Shown here one piece after another: positions 39,769 to 51,739 of a stretch of 64,000 nucleotides of DNA. The stretch is from Octopus vulgaris (Eukaryota). A model generated the notes under the pieces. The model was given only the letters and a program-made list of their open reading frames with translations. It was not told the DNA's origin and ran no database searches. The stretch covers positions 90,148,001-90,212,000 of the forward strand of contig OX597824.1 in the NCBI GenBank assembly GCA_951406725.2, written 5' to 3'. Position 1 is the first letter of the stretch. Every line of letters begins with the position of its first letter. The translations under genes were made by a program, and so were the position numbers.

Positions 39769-41155
39769 TATTTCTTTTAAATTGCCATAAAGGCATCCCA
39801 TAGAGGGGACACTACAAAACATGTGGGGACATAGCACAATTGAAAATGAACATGAGAAAATACATTAAGGTTATGATAACATGCACGATATCTGAAAATG
39901 AAAATATGAAGAGATTGCTACTCACCCTACACTGAGTAACACCACTCGCTGCCTCTGAGTCCGGATTCGTCTTTAGTCTCTGGTCAAGTCCTTCTATTTC
40001 CACTCTTGCTATCACTCAATGACATTCTTCCGTAACCTTTTTTCACTGGGGGAGGGGTCTTCTAAATTCTGTGGTGTCTGCTCTTTTTTCTTGTGGGTAA
40101 AGGTAGTGGGTGGGTCTGGTGTCTGTATAGGGTAGGTGAGTCTGAGTGGTCTTGGGTGGATGGAGTTGGACTGGGGTACCACATCACACTCAGTGTTCTT
40201 TCTTTTCTTCCTTCTACTCTGTTACTATCCATTCTTTTCTCCTCCGTCTCCACAACTGGTTCATCTATTGTTTTCTTCTGTATAGGGCAGTGTGCTCTAA
40301 TGTGGCCTTTTTGGCCACATTCAAAGCATCACGGAATTCTGCCCTCTACCCATACTCTCAATACTATTTCTCCCAACGTCACTGTTTCCACCAAAATTTC
40401 CAGTTGCTTCGCCTCCACTTGTATGATAATTCCCAATATTTTTCCTTTATAGCCTCCTTCCTCCGTCTCTGTGGCTTGGAGGACAGCCACCTCCTCCTCC
40501 TCACTTCCGAGGACAGCTGCTGCAACCCAAGCCACTTCTATATCAGGCGGAATTCCTTCTACCCTCACCTTAGAAGTTTTTCTTCCAAGGTACGTGGGTA
40601 GAAGTACTAGTTCCTCAGTTTTTACAGTTGTACTTGCCAGCCACTTTGCCTCCTCTGCTGTCCTAATCTGGACAACCACTGTCCCATATCCATTTCCTTT
40701 TGCTATATATTTTACTTCTTCAAAAGCCCCTTCAGAGCTTTTTATATTTTTTCCATCTCCATCTGCTCCACCTTCCTACTCTCCATTGAGTGTACCTTGT
40801 AGGTAATGGTCTTCTTTTCCATATTTACCATAACCCTTTTTGGGGGGTAATAACTTTACATCACTGCCCACCTTCTGTGTCATCTTACACAGCTCCTTCA
40901 ATCAAGTTTCGGTCCACTACCCTTTTCTTTACCTCTTCATCCTCCGCAAAACTCTTTACTCTTTCCAAATGCTCGTCCATTCTGTTTACCGCCTTAACAA
41001 TCCCCTCCTCTGCTGAGGATAGTTCGTACTTGCTAAGGTCCGAATACATTCCTTTCCACTGGTACAACACTCACCAACAAACCGCAGCGAAGCAGCTCAA
41101 AGAATTCCGGCCATCTCGTCAAAAATCAACACAGCGAATAAACTGGTGCATGCAC
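39769..41155 (-). mobile_element. Non-autonomous non-LTR element with decayed gag-like ORF1 (CCHC knuckle), inserted into a SINE
   Basis: Minus-strand WVEGRIP*CFECGQKGHIRAHCP (C-x2-C-x4-H-x4-C). The host SINE is interrupted at 39768 and resumes at 41156 with duplicated (g)taag..ctactt. Confidence 0.8.
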
Positions 41156-41205
41156 GTAAGCGACTACTTACCACACAACCACGCCTGTGCTTATATATAT
41201 ATGTA

Positions 41206-41237
<32 letters not shown>

Positions 41238-42423
41238 CAGAAAGTAGATCAAGCTTATTTCAAGAGGGGGAGATGGATTCTCTACTTCGGAGAATGGTCC
41301 GATTTCTCTGTCGAAGTCCTTAGAGGTGGGCCAAAGTGCCAGTTGATCTCAGGATCATGAGGAGAACAATGTCCAGTACAAAGGAGTAGCACTCAAAGCT
41401 GTTTAATGATGCAGAGATGACCCTAATTTCTTGGAAACCAGGAGATCCAAGATCATTTCGGCAACTTTGAAAACAAACAAGATACATAGGAATGATTACA
41501 GAAGACAGGAAGACATATGTCAGTGACCTGTGTCTGATGTAGAACTGAGAGGATATAAAGAAATCTACTGTGAGAAGTCGGTTGGCAGACAAATAATGAC
41601 CCCAGAACTAATACCTTCTTGGCACAGCTTGAACTCAGATTTCTGTGTCTAGCAGCTTAGTTTAACCATTTAGCATTCAAACCGGCCATATCCAGCCTAA
41701 ATATTCTACCAGTTTTATGTTAAAAGTGGCCGGATCTAGCCTCTCACACCTAACCGACATTGTCTTTCTAAAACTAAATAATCACATCGTGAAAATGTCT
41801 TAGCTACAAGATAATGCATGGTTAATCCAAAGCAATGTGAATAAGTAAGCAGAGCATTTCACAGAGTAATCTGAATGCTAAAGGGCATTAATGGTAATGT
41901 ACAATGATATTAAGGTGGCGAGCTGGCAGGAATGTTAGCACCCCGGGCGAAATGCGTAGCCGTATTTCGTCTGCTGTTACGTTCTGAGTTCAAATTCCGC
42001 CGAGGTCGACTTTGCCTTTCATCCTTTCGGGGTCGATTGAATAAGTACCAGTTACCGCCTGACTGGCCCCCGTGCCGGTGGCACGAAAAAAGCACCCACT
42101 ACACTCTCGGAGTGGTTGGTGTTAGGAAGGGCATCCAGCTGTAGAAACTCTGCCAGATCAAGACTGGAGCCTGGTGCACCCATCTGGTTCGCCAGCCCTC
42201 AGTCAAAATCATCCAACCCATGCTAGCATGGAAAGCGGACATTAAACGATGATGTTGATTATGCACTGGGGTCGATATAATCGACTTAATCCATTTGTTT
42301 GTCCTCTCTGTGTTTAGCCCCTTGTGGGTAATAAAGAAATAGGTAATGTATGATGTTATGCAGACAGACGAAACATTTGAGGAGAGAAAACATGAGAATA
42401 CATGGAGTTGTTTATAAACATTA

Positions 42424-42429
42424 TTTATT
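42424..42429 (-). terminator. Candidate polyadenylation signal of FCF1
   Basis: AATAAA on the minus strand about 30 nt after the stop codon. Confidence 0.55.
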
Positions 42430-42459
42430 AACAATAATAAAGCCTCACCACCCTGTCTT

Positions 42460-42508
42460 TCAAACCCGTGGAGCTCCATAGGCGTCTGGCATTCTTTCTA
42501 TTGAATAT
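42460..42508 (-). CDS. FCF1: FCF1 exon 8 (terminal)
   Basis: tttcag| YSIERMPDAYGAPRV-TGA; matches the FCF1 C-terminus (Y.IERMPD.YGAPR). Confidence 0.95.
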
Positions 42509-44457
42509 CTGAAAAATATAGAAAGAAAATAACAAAAAAAATCGTTCAGTTAATAAGATTAAAAACTGAGAGTATCATCATCATCATCATTTAACGTCTG
42601 TTTTCCATGCTGGCATGGGTTGGATGGTTCAACTGGGGTCTGGGAGGCCAGGAGGCTGCACCAGGCTCCAATCTTGATCCGGCAGCTGGATGCTCTTCCT
42701 AACGCCAACTACTCCGTGAGTGTAGTGGGTGCTTTTTATGTGCCACCGGCACAGGTGCCAGGGGGGACTGGCAGTGGCCACGAACGGTTGGTGCTTTTTA
42801 CATGCCACCAGCATGGAAGCCAATCAAGGCGGCACTGGCATCAGCCACATACGGATGGTGCTTTTTAGGTGCCAGGGGAGGCTAGCAGCAGCCACGATCG
42901 GTTGGTGCTTTTTACGTGCCACCGGCATGGAAGCCAGTCAAGGCAGCGCTGGCAACGGCCACATACGGATGGTGCTTTTTAGGTGCCAGGGGAGGCTGGC
43001 AATGGCCACGATTGGTTGGTGCTTTTTACGTGCCATCAGCTTATAAATACGTTTAGTGAAAATTAGTGACTTTTGCCTAATTTCAAGCACATTTTATTGG
43101 TGGGTGTCGGATGAGTTGGTCCTTTTATTTAAATCCTTTCCAAAATTATTTGAATTAACATGAAAAATATTAATATTGAAGCGATTTATGGCCCTTATTT
43201 TTGGTACCTCAACTCTTTCTCTATGGCAGTACTGCCGTTTGATTTCTATATCTGTTAGTTTCTACTAAGATAGAGACGCAAGTAGAGAAATGAAAATAAA
43301 ACTTTGGAAACAGCAACACCGTCATAACTTAAGTGGAAACCATGAGCATGCTTTCAAGGGAGATAATCAGAGAAAGATTTGAAAGTCAATGTAAGATTGT
43401 AATACTTCATGTAAAGTAAATATAACAAATAATCCAGAATCCGTGTTCAAAACCGGATCAATACAAAAATCTAATCAGTTTATACCAGTCATGAGGCCAA
43501 ACATCCCTGAAAGTTTCATCCAAATCCATTCAGCGGTTCTTGAGATATCTTGTCCAGGGACAAACAAACAAACATGACTGAAAACAATACCTCCGTCTTT
43601 GCTAAGGTGGAGATAATAATAACAATAATGATCTTTTCTACTATAAGAACAAGGCCCGAAATTGGGTGGGGTAGACGATAGCATCAACCCTCGTACTCAG
43701 CTGGTACTTATTTTATTGACCCCAATAGGACGAAAAGTAAAGTCAGCCTCAGTGGAATTTGAACGCAGAATGTGAAGACAGACAAAATGCTTAGTGGCAT
43801 TTCGTCTGATGTGCTAACAGTTCTGCTAGCATGCCATCTTAATAATGATAATCATCATCATCATCGTTTAACGTCTGCTTTCCATGCTAGCATGGGTTGG
43901 ACGATTTTGACTGAGGGCTGGCGAACCAGATGGCAGCACTAAGCTCCAATCTTGATCTGGCAGAGTTCCTACAGTTCGATGCCCTTCCTAACGCCAACCA
44001 CTCCGAGAGTGTAGTGGGTGCTTTTTACGTGCCACAATAATAATAATAATCTTTTCTACTGAAGGCACACGGCCTGAAATTTGTGGGGAGGGGAGTAGTT
44101 GATTACATCGACTCCAGTGTTTCACGGGTACTTAATTTATTGACCCCAAAAGGACGAAAGGAATTTGAACTCAGAGCAGAGCGGCAGACGAAATACCATA
44201 AAGCATTTCACCCAGCCTGCTAATGATTCTCCCAGCTTGCCACATTTCAATAATAATAATAATAATAATAATAATCCATTCTATTATAGGCACAAGGCCT
44301 GAAATTTGGGAGGAGGAAACTGGTCAATCACATTGACATCAGTGTTTCATTAGCACTTAATTTATCGACCCCGAAAGGATGAATGGCAAAGTCGACCTCG
44401 TAGCAACACAGCTAAGCATTTTTTCCAGTGAGCTAATGATTCTGCCAGCTGACTGCC

Positions 44458-44497
<40 letters not shown>

Positions 44498-44524
44498 TAA
44501 TTTGCAAAGCCAAATAATACTCAC

Positions 44525-44619
44525 CCTCCTTTCCGCAAGAACATTATAGGAACTCCAGGGATTTTGCGAATGCGCCGTTTTAAGTCTTTATCACATGTAC
44601 CAACAATATAACATTTGTG
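44525..44619 (-). CDS. FCF1: FCF1 exon 7
   Basis: tctcag| [31 protein letters not shown] |gtgagt. Confidence 0.96.
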
Positions 44620-45407
44620 CTGAGAATACAGAAAGAAGAAAAAAAATGCACATGAAAGCTACGCAACATTATTCTTTGATTCTTCCTTTATTAGTTTTCA
44701 TTCCCAAGCCTCTAATGATACTGAGAAACATCATGGCCAATTTCAATTATTTCCACACCAGAAAAGTGACAAAAGGCAAAATGAATTTAGAAAATGAAAT
44801 AAATTGAATATCATGATGTTTTTCTCTAAACGCTCTACAGATTTTGTTCTGTAATTGCTTTGGTGGGATTTTTACAGCTGGATGCCCCTCTTAACACCAA
44901 CAACCCAGTAGAGTGGACTTGGTGCTTTTTACGTGGCACAAGCACAGGCGAGGTGATTTTTGGCATGGTTTTTACAGCTGGATGCCCTTCCAAATGCCAG
45001 CCACTTTACAATGTGGACTGGATGCTTTTTAACGATCACCAAGTAACTTACTTGCAAAGTCACAGAATTTAAATAAGTGAAGCATGGAATTGTTGGCACC
45101 ACATTTATTCCACAGTTTCAACAGTCATAAGAAAGGAATAAGTTTAATTTATCGACCCTGAAAGGATGAAAGGTAAGTCAACCTCAGCAGAATATGAACT
45201 CAGAACATAAAGACAGACAAAATGCAGTTAAGCATCTTACTCAGCCTGATAACAATTCAACCAGCTCACCACCTTTTTAATAGTAATAGTAATTTCTTCC
45301 ACTACAGGTACACAGCCTGAAATTTGGGTGAGGGGACCAGTCAATTACATCAACCCCAGTGTTTCACTGGTACTTAATTTATCGACCCCAAAATGATGAA
45401 AGGTAAA

Positions 45408-45663
45408 TGGCATAGTGGTTAAGAGCGTGGGCTACTAAACCCAAACTTCCGAGTTCGATCCCAGGCAGTGACCTGAATAATAACAATAACAATAATATTG
45501 AAAAATACCTTATTGTTTGAAAATTTCCCCAAGACACCTGCTGAAGGCTGGAAGGTATATCAGCCGAAATGTGTTAACAACAAACAAGATGAGGACAAAT
45601 ATCCGTCAAATGTAAATAATGTAAATAATGTGCATAATTCCTCATCTCTTAAATAGAAAACTG
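45408..45663 (+). mobile_element. tRNA-headed short element with degenerate hammerhead-like motif, inserted in another SINE in FCF1 intron 6
   Basis: A box tggcatagtggtt, B box gagttcgatcc (45451), (AAT/AAC) linker, then gacac-CTGcTGA-a-ggctg..cagcc-GAAA-t-gtgtt. Confidence 0.65.
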
Positions 45664-45763
45664 AACCTTGGTGATATCTGAACTGAGAATGTAAAGACAG
45701 ATGAAATGCAGATAAACATCTTCCCCAGCATGTTAACAATTCAACCAGTTCGCCATCTTTTTT

Positions 45764-45795
<32 letters not shown>

Positions 45796-45798
45796 CAC

Positions 45799-45886
45799 CT
45801 GAGTCACGTGTTGTACCAAACAGTCATCAGCGTAGGTACCTTTGTGGAGACATGACAACCGTTCAATGCGGGAATCTTTTAGGATT
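45799..45886 (-). CDS. FCF1: FCF1 exon 6
   Basis: tttcag| ILKDSRIERLSCLHKGTYADDCLVQHVTQ |gtgatt; HKGTYADDCLV motif. Confidence 0.96.
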
Positions 45887-46326
45887 CTGAAATGGGAAAA
45901 TAAGTAACAATAATAAATCAGATTCAAGTTACGATGAAAATAAACAAACAAAGTTTGCTTTAGAAACATCGAGATATATTGAAAGATATGGAAATAATTT
46001 ATTCTCAAATTGCCCACTAACGAACTGTTCTGCAATTTTTAAGATTTATAAATCTAGCTTTATAAGATGCTTAAGGTAAAGTACTTGACATGTAATCACA
46101 GGGATGTGAGTTCAAGTTACATGGCTGTAAGGAAAGATGGAGACACATTGTGCAACGAAATGGTTCATATTTAGTTGATTAAAAATGTAATGGCAAGTAT
46201 TTATTGACATTTTCCTTTCCTTTAAAAATAGCACCAACTTTCCAGACAACCCAATATTTTAAAGGCCAGACAACACACAACATTAATTATTAAATGAAAC
46301 AGATAGAAAAAAGGTAAAGGTCTTAC

Positions 46327-46399
46327 TTTAAGGCAACTCTGAATTTGCTGCCAAGTTTTTCTAATTCTCCAAACACACAATCTGTCACATATGGTATAC
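46327..46399 (-). CDS. FCF1: FCF1 exon 5
   Basis: ttacag| (C)IPYVTDCVFGELEKLGSKFRVAL(K) |gtaaga. Confidence 0.96.
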
Positions 46400-46686
46400 C
46401 TGTAAAAAAAGAAAGATCAGGTGTTTATCTATGAGGTCACCAAAAACCAGCAAGACAAGTACTATCTAATTTTATACAGCAGCCAAAAAGGATAACATAC
46501 TCTCTTACTTGTTTCAGTCATTTGACTATGGCCATGCTGGAGCACCACCTTTAACCGAGCAAATCAACCCCAGGACTTATTCTTTGGAGGCCTAGTACTT
46601 ATTCTATCAATCTCTTTTGCCGAACCGCTAAGTTACATGGATGTAAACACACCAGCATCAGTTGTCAATCAATGTTGGGGGGACAA

Positions 46687-46720
<34 letters not shown>

Positions 46721-47747
46721 GATGGGCTTCTTTCAGTTTCCATCTACCAAATCCACTCACAAGGCTTTGGTCAGCCCGAGGCTATAGTAGAAGACACTTG
46801 CCCAAGGTGTCACGCAGTGGGACTGAACCCGGAACCATGTGGTTGGGAAGCAAATTAGGTACCACACAGCCACTCCTGCACCTAAGTACTATCTAATTTT
46901 ATACAGCAGCCAAAAAGGATAACATACTCTTTTACTTGTTTCAGTTATTTGACTGTGACCATGCTGGAGCACTGCCTTCGAGCAAATCGACCCCAGGACT
47001 TATTCTTTGTAAGCCTAGTACTTATTCTATCAGTACTTATTCTATAAGGATGTAACCACACCAGCATCAGTTGTCAAGTGATGTTGGCGGGACAAACAGA
47101 CACACAAACATATACACACACAGTTTCCATCTACCAAATCCACTCACTTGGTCAGCCCGAGGCTATAGCAGAAGACACTTGCCCAAGGTGCCACGCAGAA
47201 CCCAGAACCATGTGGTTCGTAAGATGCTTAAGGTAAAGTACTTGACATGTAATCACAGGGATGTGAGTTCAAGTTACATGGCTGTAAGGAAAGATGGAGA
47301 CGCATTGTGCAACAAAATGGAAAAGTAATAATCATGGTTTTGATGTTTGCTTTTCCATACCAGCATGAGCTGGCCAGAGTTCACCAAGGCAGATTTTCTA
47401 CAGCAGGATGCACTTCCTGCAGCTAACCCTCAACTACTTCCAAGCCTATTTGGTGAGTAGGGTGGGATGAAAAAAACAAACCCAACAAAGGGCAGGTGAA
47501 CCCAGAAGAGTCAATGACCATCCAGTTACCAACATTTATGAATATGCATGAAGACCTAGAAATTTCTTGCCTAAGGTGCCATGCAGTGGGACTGAACCTA
47601 GAACCATGTGGTTGGGAAGCAGGCTTCTTACCACAAAGCCACTGGATTCTGCGAAGGTGCTTTACACTAGAACTGAACCCTAAACCACATGGTTGCAAAG
47701 CAAATGTAAATATATGAATAATACAAAGAAAGAAAAAAAAAACTTAC

Positions 47748-47896
47748 ATTTAGCATAAAGACAATCCATGAGACCTTTGAAAAGGTCCACTTTGTTCTTG
47801 ACTGAGAAATGTATGAAATTTGTGTCTAGCAGAACCCGATAGGGTGGACCCAACTGGGTGTTGTAAGTGAAAAATAATGCAGAAGAGGTCTGTGGT
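47748..47896 (-). CDS. FCF1: FCF1 exon 4 (PIN domain start)
   Basis: ttgcag| PQTSSALFFTYNTQLGPPYRVLLDTNFIHFSVKNKVDLFKGLMDCLYAK |gtaagt; diagnostic YNTQLGPPY..L.DTNF. Confidence 0.97.
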
Positions 47897-48249
47897 CTGC
47901 AAAAGAGAAAAAGATTAAATGATTTCATACAAAGGGACAAATACATATTATCATCATTGTTTTAAAATCTATTTTATTCATTTATAATATATACATATAC
48001 ACATGTATATTCAAGCAAGGTTGTTGCTAGTACCGGTGGCACATAAAAGCACCCACTACACTCTCACAGTGGTTGGTGTTAGGAAGGACATCCAGCTGTA
48101 GAAACTCTGCCAGATCAAGATTGAAGCCTGGTGCAGCCATCTGGTTCACCAGCCCTCAGTCAAATCGTCCAACCCATGAAATTACCAACGAATTACAGCT
48201 GTCATTTGCATTAGACAGAGAAGTGATGCGAAGGGCGGGGTTGAGAGGG

Positions 48250-48400
48250 AAGAATGGACTGCAAGCATACACAGAATGCTTTTAGAACATCATTTTTGGT
48301 AAAGTGGACAGGTCTTCTCAAGCAGAGTGAATCACCAGTCATCTCGGTCTTTCGTCATTTCTTCTTGAGATCTACCTTCCTGACTTCAGCTTTCTTCTTC
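48250..48400 (-). mobile_element. RTE-like LINE 3' end fragment
   Basis: Minus strand AEVRKVDLK / EMTKDRDDW*FTLLEKT resembles RTE ORF2 termini. Confidence 0.55.
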
Positions 48401-48827
48401 TGCAAGCGCCATCCAAAATATATATATATACATATCAAGGGTAAAGATCCCCTTTGGTCATGAATTACCATGGGATTGCACCTAGAAAGTTCGTCTCTGA
48501 GATACAAGTTCAGGTAAGGTTGTTTATGGAAGACTAGCAGTCGCCCATGTGTCCCAGCCTCCCTTCTCCATGACACTGTTACCCAAGGGAAAGGCAAAGG
48601 GGCCGATACAGCTTGGCACCTGTGACATCGCAACTCATTTCTACAGCTGAGCGAACTGGAGCATCGCTTGTGGGCCACGGTGTCCACTTGTTGCTGACTC
48701 CTGGTTTAGCCATGCCCCTACTGTTGAGCATATGGGTGTTTGCTAGCCAGACATCTCTGTGCCATGTGACAAACATACATGACGTCTCTCTCTAGTTACG
48801 CAACATGTACACATTTTATGAACTGAA

Positions 48828-49193
48828 CTAGCAGTATCACCCGGCGTTGCTCGGGTTTGTTTCGACCCTTTAGAATTGGAAGTAAATATTTTGCATTATG
48901 TAGCTTGTTATTCTCTTTAAGTAAACATTTTTCTGGTTGAAATACACCGAAAAATGGTGACACAGCAGTAAAAAAAATCGTAAAAAATAGGGATTTTCAT
49001 AGAAAAAAAAAGCACCTTTTTGATGTAAATAATTTTTGGTGTTAACATGGTCTGATTTGAAGAGCAAGCCTTCTTCTATCATACTCTCAATTTTGGTCAA
49101 CTTGCGCCGCAGGGTCTCGGAGGAGATAGTGTTAGTTGAAGGCTACCAAACCTGCCACACACACACAGACAACCTCAGCTTTATATATATAGA
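48828..49193 (-). mobile_element. Non-autonomous Helitron-like element
   Basis: Minus strand starts TC(tatatatataaagctg) and ends with hairpin cccgagcaacgccggg followed by CTAG; inserted between A and T; no TSD. Confidence 0.78.
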
Positions 49194-49240
49194 TTTATGA
49201 ATAAAGAAAAGATTATGAACAGCACAGAAGAATTACTTAC

Positions 49241-49306
49241 GCATCTCGAACAATTATATCACTTTTGTCGATTTTCTTTTTTTTAGGTTTTTGTTGATTA
49301 TGTTTT
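49241..49306 (-). CDS. FCF1: FCF1 exon 3
   Basis: aacag| (I)KHNQQKPKKKKIDKSDIIVRD(A) |gtaagt; phase 2/2. Confidence 0.9.
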
Positions 49307-49546
49307 CTGTTTAAAAAAAAAAAGATAAATATATAAGCAATAATAAATCCCCGAGCGAGGTATAAACAGTAGCTGTACGACATCGTGAAGTATATTTTCC
49401 ATCTCAATGTGGCTAACCCTAAAAATACACAGCATGCAATACAGCTGGATGCCCTTCCTAATGCTAAACACTTTACCGACTGTACTGGCTGCTTTTTACA
49501 TGGCATGCATTACAGCTCATCTATCCAGATTGTTTTGAATTAATCA

Positions 49547-50872
49547 CAGATCTTGTAACTTCGAGATTTCAATGGCATGTTTCTATATGTTTAGAATGAC
49601 GTAAGATAGGTGTGAGAGTTTGAATTTGGGCAGTTATAACGTAAAACAGGTAGAATATTTCAGCCAGATTAAATTCTTCATTATTTCCAAAATTAATTAA
49701 AACAAAAACAGCAGATCTTGTAACTTCGAGATTTCAATGGCATGTTTCTATATGTTTAGAATGACGTAGGATAGGTGTGAGAGTTTGAATTTGGGCAGTT
49801 ATAACGTAAAACAGGTAGAATATTTCAGCCAGATTAAATTCTTCATTATTTCCAAAATTAATTAAAACAAAAACAGCAGATCTTGTAACTTCGAGATTTC
49901 AATGGCATGTTTCTATATGTTTAGAATGACGTAGGATAGGTGTGAGAGTTTGAATTTGGGCAGTTATAACGTAAAACAGGTAGAATATTTCAGCCAGATT
50001 AAATTCTTCATTATTTCCAAAATTAATTAAAACAAAAACAGCAGATCTTGTAACTTCGAGATTTCAATGGCATGTTTCTATATGTTTAGAATGACGTAGG
50101 ATAGGTGTGAGAGTTTGAATTTGGGCAGTTATAACGTAAAACAGGTAGAATATTTCGGCCAGATTAAATTCTTCATTATTTCCAAAATTAATTAAAACAA
50201 AAACAGCAGATCTTGTAACTTCGAGATTTCAATGGCATGTTTCTATATGTTTAGAATGACGTAGGATAGGTGTGAGAGTTTGAATTTGGGCAGTTATAAC
50301 GTAAAACAGGTAGAATATTTCAGCCAGATTAAATTCTTCATTATTTCCAAAATTAATTAAAACAAAAACAGCAGATCTTGTAACTTCGAGATTTCAATGG
50401 CATGTTTCTATATGTTTAGAATGACGTAGGATAGGTGTGAGAGTTTGAATTTGGGCAGTTATAACGTAAAACAGGTAGAATATTTCAGCCAGATTAAATT
50501 CTTCATTATTTCCAAAATTAATTAAAACAAAAACAGCAGATCTTGTAACTTCGAGATTTCAATGGCATGTTTCTATATGTTTAGAATGACGTAGGATAGG
50601 TGTGAGAGTTTGAATTTGGGCAGTTATAACGTAAAACAGGTAGAATATTTCGGCCAGATTAAATTCTTCATTATTTCCAAAATTAATTAAAACAAAAACA
50701 GCAGATCTTGTAACTTCGAGATTTCAATGGCATGTTTCTATATTTTTTAGAATGACGTAGGATAGGTGTGAGAGTTTGAATTTGGGCAGTTATAACGTAA
50801 AACAGGTAGAATATTTCGGCCAGATTAAATTCTTCATTATTTCCAAAATTAATTAAAACAAAAACAGCAGAT
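49547..50872. repeat. 165-bp tandem array, 8 near-identical copies, in FCF1 intron 2
   Basis: tcttgtaacttcgagatttc starts at 49551, 49716, 49881, 50046, 50211, 50376, 50541 and 50706. Confidence 0.96.
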
Positions 50873-51665
50873 CTCCATAGAAATATAGTAACAAAAGGTT
50901 TAAGCGGACGGTGTGAATGACCACACGGTCCAGACCTAGATCATAAGGTACAATAGAAAGAAAAAAGTTAACAGTAGGGCTAGGAGATTTTTTTTTTTTC
51001 TACTCTAGGCACAAGGCCTGAAATTTCTTTTTAGGGAGGGGAGTAAATCGATTAGATAACCGTAGTACACAACTAGTACTTAATTTATTGACCCTGAAAG
51101 GATGAAAGGCAAAGTCAACCTCAGCAGAATTTGATCTCAGAATGTAAAGATAGTCGAAATACCACTAAGCATCTCGCCCGGCATGCAAACGTTTCTGCCA
51201 GCTGACTGCCTTGGGCTAGGAGACATATTGGCAAAGCCATGAAACATTTTGATGCATCTGTTTTGGCACCATTGATTCGATGCTGACTTAGTTGACATCA
51301 GACGTTTTAATGTTTCTTTCATTCTCTCCTTCTTTCCTTTCCTCTTTCTGTCTGTAAGCATATGTGTATGAAGAGAGAGAAAGTGTTTATATCACTTGTA
51401 TTCAATTAAAGAACTTTAATCTCTCTTTCCTCTACCCCTCTCTATCTGTATGTGTATATTTCTACTCCCTTGGGTGTACGTTTGCTTCCAGTGCCCAAAA
51501 CAGGCTGAACACCCAGTCAGCCATGCTACAGCATCAGCATCCAAACAGCTGAATCCAATCATCTCATTCCATAATAACAACAGTATCAGTGGTGATAGTA
51601 ATTACAAAGATAGTTACAAACACATATTAGGTTAGGAGTACCATAGTAATATAACAGACACTTAC

Positions 51666-51739
51666 ATCCGAGCATCTTTCAAACTTATCATCCGTTTCAT
51701 TGAAGCAAATTTCTTGTTACTTCCTGATTTTGTTTTCGC
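51666..51739 (-). CDS. FCF1: FCF1 exon 2
   Basis: tttcag| AKTKSGSNKKFASMKRMISLKDAR |gtaag; matches the FCF1 N-terminus (K.A.MKRM.SL.D.R). Confidence 0.93.
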
